A DNA stretch of 64,000 nt, taken from an uncultured virus (IMG/VR IMGVR_UViG_3300047491_000541). Its lineage: Duplodnaviria; Heunggongvirae; Uroviricota; Caudoviricetes. The position numbers and the translations under genes were made by a program. The notes beneath the pieces are model-generated. The model was not told the DNA's origin. It was given only the letters and a program-made list of their open reading frames with translations, and ran no database searches. Location: IMG/VR virus record IMGVR_UViG_3300047491_000541; one strand, written 5' to 3'. Shown piece by piece: positions 1-8,951 of the stretch; position 1 is the first letter of the stretch, and each line of letters starts with the position of its first letter.

Positions 1-17
1 TTTTTTCTTACGTCCAT

Positions 18-43
18 ACATTACCGATTCTTGGCTTGAATAT
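18..43 (-). promoter_or_regulatory. conserved phage promoter-like motif (ATATTC-N12-GGTAATGT)
   Basis: Matches a motif found 11 times upstream of minus-strand genes with an invariant 12-nt spacer. Confidence 0.65.
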
Positions 44-74
44 GGATAAAAAGTTTTTTGTTCAAAACGTTGCA

Positions 75-320
75 TCAATCAAACAGATCGGTTAAGAACC
101 CCTTTTCAGTCAGGTCTTCCTTGTTCTTATTTGCCCGATTCTGAGCCGCCGCAAGCTGATTCGCCGTGAACAACAGACAACGCTCATTGCTTCCATCCGC
201 ATCCTCGACATGAACGGCAGTATATTCCAATGCCGCATTCGAGAATCCTGGACGATTCAAGTTCTTGACTCGTATGAGTCTGCCCTTGACCACTCTCACC
301 TTATCGATCTTCTGAGCCAT
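75..320 (-). CDS. hypothetical protein
   Basis: 81-aa ORF with GGAGGA RBS upstream. Confidence 0.7.
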   Translation of the reverse strand: MAQKIDKVRVVKGRLIRVKNLNRPGFSNAALEYTAVHVEDADGSNERCLLFTANQLAAAQNRANKNKEDLTEKGFLTDLFD

Positions 321-340
321 ATCGTCCTCCTCTTTCTTCT

Positions 341-1441
341 CTACATGTGAATCCCAAGAACTTGATCAACTCGCACACATTTATACGAGGACAATTTCTC
401 TAGAGTCACGCCATCCGATAAATACCCAACGCTCGTATCCCAACCGATCTTTTGAATCACCTCACGGCGAACCAAGACCTGCAACGCATCAATATGATAC
501 AACTTAACCGGGTCCCCAGTCAACACTTTTGGTGGCTTGCCAAGAACACCCTCATTAAGAGGTCCAAAATGAATGATCTTGCACACACAAAAGTCTGCAT
601 CGGATTTCTTAATAGCCTCAACCATCTTTTCGAGAAAATCAGGCAGAATCAGATTATCATCATCGAAGAATAGGACATACTCACCCTTTGCCTGTTTCAT
701 CATCTCGGCTCTCACCGTATTACCGAAATCGCATTCTTTCTTCGTCGTCGTATAACAATACCTAACTCTACGATCTCCTATTCCATCAACGAGTCTTGCA
801 ATACCCTGCTCATTTTCACCATCCGAACACACTATCTGCTCCCAATCCTTCTCGGTTTGAAGCAGCATACAGTCAATGCATCTACGCACCACCTGCGGAT
901 CACGATGATAGGTTGGAGTGATAACTGTCACCTTTACAGAACGACATTCAGGCTTAAGTTCATCTAAGCTCTGCACACCATCCACCAGAGACTCATATTC
1001 ATTTCCCATTCTGGCAGACTCTCTCAATCGTTCTCGTTCCTTTGGATTATCCCTTAGATAAGCCAGCCAATGCATCGCCCACTGTTCATTACTGAAAAGC
1101 CAACCAGTCTTTTGGTGTTCCACTACATCCTGTGAGAATCCATCTCTTACAACAACAGCCACACCAGCCTTGACCAATTTCAAGTAATCAGACTTGTTTG
1201 CAATTCCGATCCTTGAGAATAACGCCACATCAGCCTCTCGAATCAACAAATCAAGACTCTCATCATACGGAACAAATTCGACTCCATCTCTAGGAGTGAC
1301 TCCAACCGCCCCCTTCTGCATCACAATCCTTCGAGTATTTTCAAAATTGGCTGTCACACGAATAAACTCGGATATACCCCATCCATTATCCACAGTGACT
1401 ATTGTGTATTTCTTTTCAGCCATATCGACACAGAATTCCAA
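341..1441 (-). CDS. glycosyltransferase, family 2 C-terminal domain
   Basis: VTVITPTY, IVCSDG, GEYVLFFDDDN (DxD) GT-A motifs; likely start at MAEKK. Confidence 0.85.
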   Translation of the reverse strand: MEFCVDMAEKKYTIVTVDNGWGISEFIRVTANFENTRRIVMQKGAVGVTPRDGVEFVPYDESLDLLIREADVALFSRIGIANKSDYLKLVKAGVAVVVRDGFSQDVVEHQKTGWLFSNEQWAMHWLAYLRDNPKERERLRESARMGNEYESLVDGVQSLDELKPECRSVKVTVITPTYHRDPQVVRRCIDCMLLQTEKDWEQIVCSDGENEQGIARLVDGIGDRRVRYCYTTTKKECDFGNTVRAEMMKQAKGEYVLFFDDDNLILPDFLEKMVEAIKKSDADFCVCKIIHFGPLNEGVLGKPPKVLTGDPVKLYHIDALQVLVRREVIQKIGWDTSVGYLSDGVTLEKLSSYKCVRVDQVLGIHM

Positions 1442-1596
1442 AGATAAGAGGACGATAATAGCAATGAGTTAGTATGATCGGCAAGTAGTTTGCCGACAGT
1501 CTGCTCGACAATGTAGCGGACGATGTATTGAGGGGGTATAATAACTCCACCGGCTTTGCGGACCTCGGACTTATCCTCGATTTAAACCATGAGATA

Positions 1597-2085
1597 CTAC
1601 TTCGAGATTAACTGACGTGAAATCGCCAGAAGCTCTTTGACGACACTTGCCTTTAGCCGTATTTTCTTTGTTGCGTTGGCAACACGCAAAACAGCCTCAG
1701 CACCACCAGATTCCATCTCTTGCTCGAAATCATTGAACTTCATCTGAGTGTTCTCGTGAGTAGCGAAGTTGATGATATTCAGAGTTGTGAATGGACCCGC
1801 ATTTCTCTTACCCCAGATCAAAATGGCATCCATTGTATCCTGACGATCCCTAGAATAGAACTCGAATGTGGTATACGATCCATGACCACGAACACGCATA
1901 ATCGGAGCATGTTCCATCAGGAACAGCAGATACTTTTCACGATCCTTGATGTTCTTTGCCAATGCAGAAATATGTTCGGGAATGCCAAGCTTGGCAGCAT
2001 TCCTGTCATCACGAACCCATCTTTCGTGTTCATCGATGGGGAAAATCTTCCCTGAATTGTAGTTGATCCAATATCCTTCTTGCAT
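1597..2085 (-). CDS. hypothetical protein
   Basis: 162-aa ORF with AGGAG RBS. Confidence 0.7.
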   Translation of the reverse strand: MQEGYWINYNSGKIFPIDEHERWVRDDRNAAKLGIPEHISALAKNIKDREKYLLFLMEHAPIMRVRGHGSYTTFEFYSRDRQDTMDAILIWGKRNAGPFTTLNIINFATHENTQMKFNDFEQEMESGGAEAVLRVANATKKIRLKASVVKELLAISRQLISK

Positions 2086-2170
2086 GTTTATCTCCTATCT
2101 CCTATCTACAGGCGAATATCAAAAAAATATCACATGACGAGACGATCTCTCACCAATAATCGCCTATTTA

Positions 2171-2410
2171 CTACTGGACTTCCCAACTTCCGGAATACTC
2201 GATTCCGTCTTCTGGATCACGACTGGTCATGCGGATGTTATCGAAAAGCTTTCCGCTGTTGTATCCATCTGCCATTTGTTCTCGAATACGAACCATAGCA
2301 ATCTCTTCCAGTGCCTCGACATGGGCTGGCTTAATCGCTTTCTTGTCGCTTCTCCACCACCGATAAGTGATGCTTACCTTCCGTTCCATCTGCTTCATCA
2401 TTCGTCTCAT
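2171..2410 (-). CDS. hypothetical protein
   Basis: 79-aa ORF with AAGGA RBS, same strand as neighbours. Confidence 0.55.
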   Translation of the reverse strand: MRRMMKQMERKVSITYRWWRSDKKAIKPAHVEALEEIAMVRIREQMADGYNSGKLFDNIRMTSRDPEDGIEYSGSWEVQ

Positions 2411-2445
2411 TCCTTTACTTTGGCTTATACCATGTCCAACATTTT

Positions 2446-2940
2446 TTATTCTCCCAACACCACGAACCGATAGACTTCGCCGCGATCCAGATTCAATGTC
2501 CGATACATGTGATCCCGTTCCAGTTCAACCCATAGCGTGATAAGCTGGTCCCCATCCTTGCTCTTCCAGACCCGGTGAACCCGTCCTGTATACCGATCAC
2601 GAGGCAATCCAAGTTCCTCAGCCCTGGTCGCACACTTGATAGCCTGCGATGTCGGAGTCCCAAACGACTTGTAGTGAATGTGAACCCTCGTCCCATCCTC
2701 GATGCCATGCGGCCACGGAGCCGCTGTTACACCATGAACACGCCCAAGAGCCTCAAGGACATCCGTCTTGCTCATGACCGGCGAAGATACTCCTCCAACG
2801 GCCTGAACCGTCTGTGTATTCACCGGAGCCGCATTGGATGGCGTCTTAGTCACTTGGGTCGCCATCTTGCGAGCCATCGCCCTTGCCACTGCCGCCTTAA
2901 TCTCTGTCGCAGTCATGTTCATCTCCTTCATACAGCTCAA
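2446..2940 (-). CDS. hypothetical protein
   Basis: 164-aa ORF; probable start at MNMTATE after AAGGAG. Confidence 0.6.
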   Translation of the reverse strand: MSCMKEMNMTATEIKAAVARAMARKMATQVTKTPSNAAPVNTQTVQAVGGVSSPVMSKTDVLEALGRVHGVTAAPWPHGIEDGTRVHIHYKSFGTPTSQAIKCATRAEELGLPRDRYTGRVHRVWKSKDGDQLITLWVELERDHMYRTLNLDRGEVYRFVVLGE

Positions 2941-3393
2941 TATGACAGAACTGTTCTACTTGGCAACACGATCACATTTTCGCATCGAAGTTCAAATCCT
3001 CAACCGTGTAGTCTCCGATGTTGTCATGCTCCGCATATCCAGCCCCCAGCAATTCCGATGGCAACGTTGATGCAGAAACCTTGTCCCTCACATTCCTCAA
3101 GCACGTCGCCCTGCCGCATATTTAGTCGCCTTGCCAGATCGCGGATGCTGATTGGATCGTCTTGCCTGTCGCGGACAATGCGAACAAGGCGTTGGAGTTT
3201 ATCTTTCACTCGCTTCGCTCCTTTCAGAAAACTCAACTTTGTCGTTCGCAACCTTACGACGGGAATATTCCATCTTCGTATGGTTCCGCGCTCGGCTATA
3301 CTCGGTGAAGAATGCGCCGATGGCAAAGCACAGATCACCCATCCAATCAAAAACATACGCCAACGGAATGAACCAACCGGCGTCCCTCAACTT

Positions 3394-3463
3394 GCGAACA
3401 ATTCGCTTCACTCTATGCCTCCTTCGCATCGCTCACTCGACAAGAGTGAGCTTGGTCGTTCGC
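3394..3463 (+). repeat. attC-like recombination site
   Basis: GCGAAC..GCTTCACTCT / AGAGTGAGC..GTTCGC imperfect palindrome with one extra base in the left arm. Confidence 0.75.
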
Positions 3464-3603
3464 CTTTATCGGCAGATGGTATTGCCCGATTGCCTTACAA
3501 ACTGGACATCCGTACCCGCTAACGTATCCTGGCACCTGGCTATACGGCACATTATCAAACGGGCAAAGGCGTTCTCCTTTGCGAGGCCGACGCTTCGGGA
3601 ATG

Positions 3604-3673
3604 GGCGAACAATGCTCTTCACTCTACGCCCTTCGCTTCGCTCACTCGGCAAGAGTGAGCTTTGTCGTTGGGA
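3604..3673 (+). repeat. attC-like recombination site
   Basis: Near-copy of 3394-3463; its R'' GGCGAAC is the exact complement of the upstream core GTTCGCC at 3458. Confidence 0.8.
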
Positions 3674-4221
3674 GAATCGCTCTCCATGCTGTCGTCGGCC
3701 GGAAGAATGAACACGCCCTGCAACGCCTTCGCCTTGCGGTACGCCTCCAACGCTCCCGGGTAGATGCCGTCTTTCTCTGCGCCCCACAGTTCCATTCCCC
3801 GCGCCAGCGCAGCGATAAGTTCGAGCGCCTTGTCGATCGCCTTCGGGCTGTGCGGGCATCCATCGTGGTGCCCGGTCAGAAATCGGTGTGTGGGATCGAG
3901 ATCGCACCAGTTGTCACACTCGCACGGCGGTGGAGAGGTACGGCAACCAGCCGCCGCCGCAAAGTTTTTATGTCTGGCGGCGGCTGCCGCTCTGGCGCAA
4001 AAGTCAGCTTTGTTGTTCGACCTGCCAGCCTCACATCCTGCTTCGTCTCCCAACGGAGGCGATTTATCTGCGTCTCCAGTAGGCTGCTTCTGAATCCCCA
4101 ATTCCTTCTCCTTGAGGTTATTTGCCCGTTCCAGTTGATCTGCCACTCGTTTGAGTTGCCGACTAATTGGAGGCAACGTCGAGTCAAAGAGTTTTCGCCA
4201 ACCACCCGTAAAGTCCGGCAT
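3619..4221 (-). CDS. hypothetical mosaic protein ending inside an attC-like site
   Basis: 200-aa ORF whose C-terminus (NDKAHSCRVSEAKGVE) is the translated attC. Confidence 0.45.
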   Translation of the reverse strand: MPDFTGGWRKLFDSTLPPISRQLKRVADQLERANNLKEKELGIQKQPTGDADKSPPLGDEAGCEAGRSNNKADFCARAAAAARHKNFAAAAGCRTSPPPCECDNWCDLDPTHRFLTGHHDGCPHSPKAIDKALELIAALARGMELWGAEKDGIYPGALEAYRKAKALQGVFILPADDSMESDSPNDKAHSCRVSEAKGVE

Positions 4222-4222
4222 C

Positions 4223-4696
4223 TTATTTTCCTCTCTGAAGGTTATTGATCACATCCCGACCATACGCCACAGTCCTCTTGTTTTTCCAACCGTTAGGACC
4301 ACCATTATGAATCCGAGCATAGACTTCCACCGTCGGAATTTTACCCGTCTTCTTCTCATATCTCTCGCCATAGTGATTGAGGTAGACACGAAACGCCCAC
4401 TTTGCCTTCACAGGGTCTTTCATGTCCGCCAAAGTCAGCTTCGACTTGCCCCACTTCGCCAAAACGTCCTTCCCGGCGAATTTGTTCACGTCATCCAGAT
4501 AGGGTTGCCGAATTTGAAGCAGACCATAAGCCTTATGCCGAAGATGCTTGTCACCGACTGCGTTCACATCCCATTTGACATTTTCACGATTGACAACCGC
4601 AGTGTAGAAACTGTCAACATCAACATGCAGAGAATACCGATCTGCACGAACAGTAACCACCGACGCCATCAAAAACAGCATAAATAGAGTTTTCAT
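4223..4696 (-). CDS. lysozyme-like protein (i-type/destabilase-like) with N-terminal signal peptide
   Basis: AYGLLQIRQPYLDD and ARIHNGGPNG motifs; hydrophobic leader MKTLFMLFLMASVVTVRA. Confidence 0.75.
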   Translation of the reverse strand: MKTLFMLFLMASVVTVRADRYSLHVDVDSFYTAVVNRENVKWDVNAVGDKHLRHKAYGLLQIRQPYLDDVNKFAGKDVLAKWGKSKLTLADMKDPVKAKWAFRVYLNHYGERYEKKTGKIPTVEVYARIHNGGPNGWKNKRTVAYGRDVINNLQRGK

Positions 4697-4702
4697 ACTC
4701 AC

Positions 4703-4728
4703 ACATTACCAGAATTTCACCAGAATAA
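4703..4728 (-). promoter_or_regulatory. conserved phage promoter-like motif
   Basis: TTATTC-N12-GGTAATGT, 6 nt before ATG at 4696. Confidence 0.7.
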
Positions 4729-4816
4729 GGTTTTTATTTTGGATTGCTCATAAGGCCATGCTCTTTTCAAAAGAGTGAAAACGTCCTGTCGGATTAGTCC
4801 CTACTTTCCGTTTTAA

Positions 4817-5170
4817 TTATATCACATCATCAGGATCGTCCTTGACACCATCGATGATCCTAAGGGCATCACAGGAATTGAACGGCTCACCGTTGTCATC
4901 CACGATCTCTCCATTCTCGACATTCTTACGGACGGGCTGACCGTTCAGAGTTATCCCATGCACAACAGGAAAACGAGCCTCAAAACGAGCTTGTTCCTCG
5001 TCGTCCAAACGTTCAGCATCCATTGCCCAAGCCTCGTCGTCAGCAATCTGCTTCAGAATGGCTTGCTGATCCTCAAACTCATCCCCTTGAACTTCGATGT
5101 CCTGTGTCTCATGCATTTTCATCACCTTAGTTGATTCCGGTTCTGCCGGGGTCAGCCCATCGCTGGTCAC
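4817..5170 (-). CDS. acidic hypothetical protein
   Basis: 117-aa ORF downstream of a promoter motif. Confidence 0.55.
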   Translation of the reverse strand: MTSDGLTPAEPESTKVMKMHETQDIEVQGDEFEDQQAILKQIADDEAWAMDAERLDDEEQARFEARFPVVHGITLNGQPVRKNVENGEIVDDNGEPFNSCDALRIIDGVKDDPDDVI

Positions 5171-5198
5171 GCAGGAGAATCCTTATAATCACTCATGT

Positions 5199-5224
5199 AC
5201 ATTACCAAATCTGAGCCAGAATAA
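5199..5224 (-). promoter_or_regulatory. conserved phage promoter-like motif
   Basis: TTATTC-N12-GGTAATGT. Confidence 0.7.
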
Positions 5225-5239
5225 GGATAAAAAAATATG

Positions 5240-5278
5240 AAAACGAAAACCCCATATCCCAATGGGATACAGGGCGTT
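5240..5278 (-). terminator. rho-independent terminator
   Basis: Minus strand CCCTGTATCCC-ATT-GGGATATGGGG followed by TTTTCGTTTT, just after the AAA ATPase stop. Confidence 0.65.
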
Positions 5279-5300
5279 ACGACGCTAATACTCATCCTTC

Positions 5301-6758
5301 TTAAACCACTTGAAGAATCATTTTCGTCAGCAGCTTATTATTGGTGATCCATTGATGTGATTTCCCGCCGTCCTTGTGCCGTGCAAGACGGAGACAGATA
5401 TTGTGCCTCATATCCTCTGGAATGCTCTCTATCGTTATGAATTTCTGGAAATTCTCGATTCTCGTCTTGTCCGCCTTCGTGTCTGATTGCACGAGATAGG
5501 CAAACAATCGATCAAAGATCACGCCCAGAACATCCACTCGCTTCTCACGATCACCCATGAGTTTCTCGACGTGAGTCAATATCCACGGCCAATCTCTGCC
5601 TGCCAGAATCTGCTCCGGCTCAATGACGAGTTCGACATCCCGCTCCATGAACACGATCAATGAGGATACCGTTTCTTCGTCCAAGAGAGACATCGCAATT
5701 CTCTTGAACCGTCTTACATTTTCCTTGGAAGACAAGTCTGGAATCCTTTTCATATCCCTGAAACACTGGGCCAGAGTCCGAGGATTCGTCCGCTCCTTAC
5801 CGATCATCATTTCGGGATAGCGAAGCAGATAGCTGATTCCGCGAGTATCCAGACCAGCCGATTGTGCCCAAACTGCCCATTCCTTCGCATCATGCAGAAG
5901 CGTGATGGAACGGAAACGAGTCAAGATGGCACTGTCAATGGAGGTCACAAGATAGTCCTGCTCATCAGGATTGGCCGTTAGAACGATGTTACATCCCACT
6001 GGCAGCTTCCACGACACCATGCCATGGTTCTGCAAAAGCTGCATGATGCCCTTGATAATTCGCACACTAGCCCGGTTCCAGTCATCCAGCAGAAGGATGC
6101 TTGGCCCAGGATCAGAAGGAACCCAATCCGGTGGAGCATACCTTGTTTGAACGCCAGCAGAAGGCATGATCTGCCAGCCGTCCTTGAACCAACCATGACT
6201 CACCTCTTCAGGAACCCACACTTCCTGTGGACCACCTTCTCCGGCCTTAGCGACCTTGATGTGTCTGGAAGGCATTCCGTGAAGATCGCCCATTTCCTCG
6301 AACTGCGCGATTGGAACGTCATAGACGGTATAGCCGGGATAGTTTTTGCCCTGCCAGATCACAGGCTTATTACAATGCTGTTTGACGATAGCTGTTTTTC
6401 CAGTATTGTGAGAAACAATTCCGTTGGCATAATAAGCATGTTCATCGCTTAGAACTTCCCAATCATAGGTATCTCTCTTCCCCAAACGCTCATTGGCGAC
6501 GATGGACTTAAACCCGTCTTTTGTTTCGACCTTGTCGGTCTCCACATCGAGACGCTCAACCGTCTTCCAACCACCTTCTGTCATAACAAGGTGATCGTCA
6601 GAACACCCGAGAGAACTTCCATCTAGTCTCAAAAGATAGCACTCTTTTTGCCTCTTCAGATAAAGGTCTCCGATGGTCTTCCATCCTTGCGGCGTCTTGA
6701 CCTCGTATTGCCCGCCACTCTTGGCTAGTTCAAAAAAGTCTGCAATTTTCATTTTCAC
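5301..6758 (-). CDS. split-intein C-fragment (118 aa) fused to the C-extein of a MoxR-like AAA ATPase
   Basis: CSDDH (block B), TYDWEV (block F), YYANGIVSHN|T (block G, +1 Thr), then TGKT, Walker B LLLDD and LTANP. Confidence 0.85.
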   Translation of the reverse strand: MKMKIADFFELAKSGGQYEVKTPQGWKTIGDLYLKRQKECYLLRLDGSSLGCSDDHLVMTEGGWKTVERLDVETDKVETKDGFKSIVANERLGKRDTYDWEVLSDEHAYYANGIVSHNTGKTAIVKQHCNKPVIWQGKNYPGYTVYDVPIAQFEEMGDLHGMPSRHIKVAKAGEGGPQEVWVPEEVSHGWFKDGWQIMPSAGVQTRYAPPDWVPSDPGPSILLLDDWNRASVRIIKGIMQLLQNHGMVSWKLPVGCNIVLTANPDEQDYLVTSIDSAILTRFRSITLLHDAKEWAVWAQSAGLDTRGISYLLRYPEMMIGKERTNPRTLAQCFRDMKRIPDLSSKENVRRFKRIAMSLLDEETVSSLIVFMERDVELVIEPEQILAGRDWPWILTHVEKLMGDREKRVDVLGVIFDRLFAYLVQSDTKADKTRIENFQKFITIESIPEDMRHNICLRLARHKDGGKSHQWITNNKLLTKMILQVV

Positions 6759-6808
6759 GATTTATTTTGCCTTTTGGTCTATCTATCATTTTCTTATTGT
6801 ATTTGGGA

Positions 6809-7075
6809 TCATTCCGGTTTTGGATTTACAACGATGATTTTGTGACACCCAGTATCGCTGATTTTCCTGACCTCCACTTCGGTATCAGCAAGCACGCAAC
6901 CCGAGTGCCCCCAGATGCAAGTAGCGAACCGCTCATCCGATCCCGATGCTTCTGCATCTCTGTTGGATTGAAAAGCGTCTTCGAGAAATTCCCTGAGACC
7001 GTCATAATGGACTTGATCACCGTAACACCCCTTCAGGGAATGTTCCTTTTCGTTTGTATCCTTCTTGTCCGCCAT
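6809..7075 (-). CDS. AAA ATPase N-extein fused to a 29-aa split-intein N-fragment
   Basis: CIWGHSG|CVLADTEV: first half of Walker A followed by intein block A. Confidence 0.8.
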   Translation of the reverse strand: MADKKDTNEKEHSLKGCYGDQVHYDGLREFLEDAFQSNRDAEASGSDERFATCIWGHSGCVLADTEVEVRKISDTGCHKIIVVNPKPE

Positions 7076-7082
7076 AATTACC

Positions 7083-7619
7083 TCACAACCTCTCGTACTT
7101 GACCCGGAACGAAACATCTCGCTTTAAGCACTTTGACAGAGCCTTCAGGGCATCCGCATACTGCAATGATGTCGTCACTCCAGTTTTCAACTGATCCCGC
7201 AGGACATCCGATGAAACCTTTAGTGTCTCCGTCACCACGGATCGGATGCCAGCCTTGGTCAATGCCTCAGCCGCACGTTCGACATCAGCCGGAGGAAGTG
7301 TCAGAGTCATGGTTCGTTCGACAATGCCACTCAGGATGCCATTGTCGATAGCCTCACGAACCTGTGGGAACTGTTCGGCACTCACATCCAAGTCCACCTT
7401 CTCGACCGCGGAAACGACCACTGCCGCTGTCTTACCCAGAAGCCTGACACTCAACTCATCGCCATCGAGTTGATCCTTTGCGGAGTTGGTGATTTGAAGT
7501 TTGAGTCCCTTGTCTTCATACGACAGGTTCTTGATTTTGTTATCCACGTCATAACCATGATCGATAATCGCCGAAATGTCTTCTGATGCTGTTACTGCCC
7601 TGATCTCTCTCTTTGCCAT
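7083..7619 (-). CDS. hypothetical protein
   Basis: 178-aa ORF in operon, AAGGGT RBS. Confidence 0.7.
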   Translation of the reverse strand: MAKREIRAVTASEDISAIIDHGYDVDNKIKNLSYEDKGLKLQITNSAKDQLDGDELSVRLLGKTAAVVVSAVEKVDLDVSAEQFPQVREAIDNGILSGIVERTMTLTLPPADVERAAEALTKAGIRSVVTETLKVSSDVLRDQLKTGVTTSLQYADALKALSKCLKRDVSFRVKYERL

Positions 7620-7681
7620 GATTTTACCCTTTCACATTTCCAGCCGGATTAATCGGCTGACTCACTCACTCGCCATTATAC

Positions 7682-8338
7682 TCAAGCAACTCTGACTTCT
7701 GATTTTCCGTCTTTCTCACTCATCTGATAAACCTTGTCGGCATATGCTTGAAGCGGATGATGATGTGTTGAGAAGATAATCTGCATCCCCAACTGCTCGG
7801 TCAATGCCCGTAAGAACTTACCCACCAGTTCGATCTTGTTCGTATCGATGTGCTTCCAACATTCGTCTAGGATACAGACCTTATCTGTCTTCCTCGATCC
7901 GACCAACACCATGAGCCTGAGAGGCACACTGATCGTATCTGACACACCACCACCGATACCATCCATATCTCTACGAACCTCTCCCGCCTTGATGTCCCGG
8001 ACCATCTCGATTTCAAGATTGGAGCGACCACCCTTCACGGAATAAGAAAGTTCGACCCGATAGGAGTCGTCATAGATGAGTTTGAGAGCCTCTGATACGA
8101 CAGACTCGATCTTGCCCTTCATCGCGCCACGACGACCATCCGCCAAACCAGTCAGAAAGTTTAGAGCTTCCTTGGCTAGGTCTAAAGATGCAACGAGTTC
8201 GAGAATGCGCTGCTCCGCCGTATCGAGTTGGCGATTTAGCAACGCATTCTCGTTCCGTTTCTTTTCCAGCTCCTTCTTCCGAGCGTCAAGTGTTTGTTGT
8301 GCTGTAATCACACTTATCCCCGGCGTTGGAACAAACAC
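7682..8338 (-). CDS. Rad50/SbcC-like ABC ATPase C-terminal half
   Basis: Coiled coil, then signature-like DGIGGG, Walker B CILDE and H-loop STHH; no Walker A; true start uncertain. Confidence 0.75.
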   Translation of the reverse strand: MFVPTPGISVITAQQTLDARKKELEKKRNENALLNRQLDTAEQRILELVASLDLAKEALNFLTGLADGRRGAMKGKIESVVSEALKLIYDDSYRVELSYSVKGGRSNLEIEMVRDIKAGEVRRDMDGIGGGVSDTISVPLRLMVLVGSRKTDKVCILDECWKHIDTNKIELVGKFLRALTEQLGMQIIFSTHHHPLQAYADKVYQMSEKDGKSEVRVA

Positions 8339-8854
8339 GCTTGCACGTCTCGCACAGATAATCGCCGGATTCGTTGTCGCGCCACAACTTCATTGGTCTC
8401 CTTTCGCTCCCCGGAAACGGAGCGCCTGTCGTTGGCACGATTCATCTTCTCGGCGTACAGCACCGCTTTCCGCAGTGCCGTCACCGGCGTTCCGCGAAAC
8501 TGAACTCGCTGGCCGTCATTCGGCGGATAGGCATAATGCACGTATCCGCAGTCTCTGGTGAAGTACAAATACAGGTCGGTTCGCCCGACAAACCAACCAG
8601 TGTCTCGCGGAAGCTTCGCCGCACGCTTCTCCCACTGCAACCGAGTTCCAACCATTCGCCGCACCTTACGGGCGACCCGCTTGCGTTTCTTTGTAGTCAT
8701 GCATTCTCCTTGGCCGCCCGAAGGTGAGCGGTCGTCTTGGTCATTCATGGTGTTCCTCCTTGGCCGCCGGTCAGACTCCGGCGGCGTTGGAACGAACACG
8801 CTTGCACGTCTCGCACAGATATTCGCCAGATTCGTTGTCGCGCCACAACTTCAT
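8321..8854. repeat. 73-bp direct repeat (8321-8393 and 8782-8854)
   Basis: cggcgttggaacRaacacgcttgcacgtctcgcacagata...ccacaacttcat in both copies. Confidence 0.9.
8646..8740 (+). repeat. attC-like site (degenerate R')
   Basis: R'' TTCCAAC complements GTTGGAA at 8325; arms CGCCGCACCTTACGGGCG / CGCCCGAAGGTGAGCG with two extra left-arm bases. Confidence 0.7.
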
Positions 8855-8951
8855 CGGCTTTCCGGTCGTCTTCAATGCGCTGGCGTCGGAGCGTCCGCAT
8901 TGGTTGCACTCGCTAACACAATCCAATCTGATTGGCAGTCGCGTGAATCGC

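Noticed and set aside
1442..1596. Possible structured RNA or tRNA in intergenic hairpins
   Set aside because: No cloverleaf or T-loop GTTCRA context recognisable
6759..6808. Single sequencing frameshift joining the two intein halves
   Set aside because: The gap is 50 nt, AT-rich and contains several stops, so one indel would not fuse the ORFs
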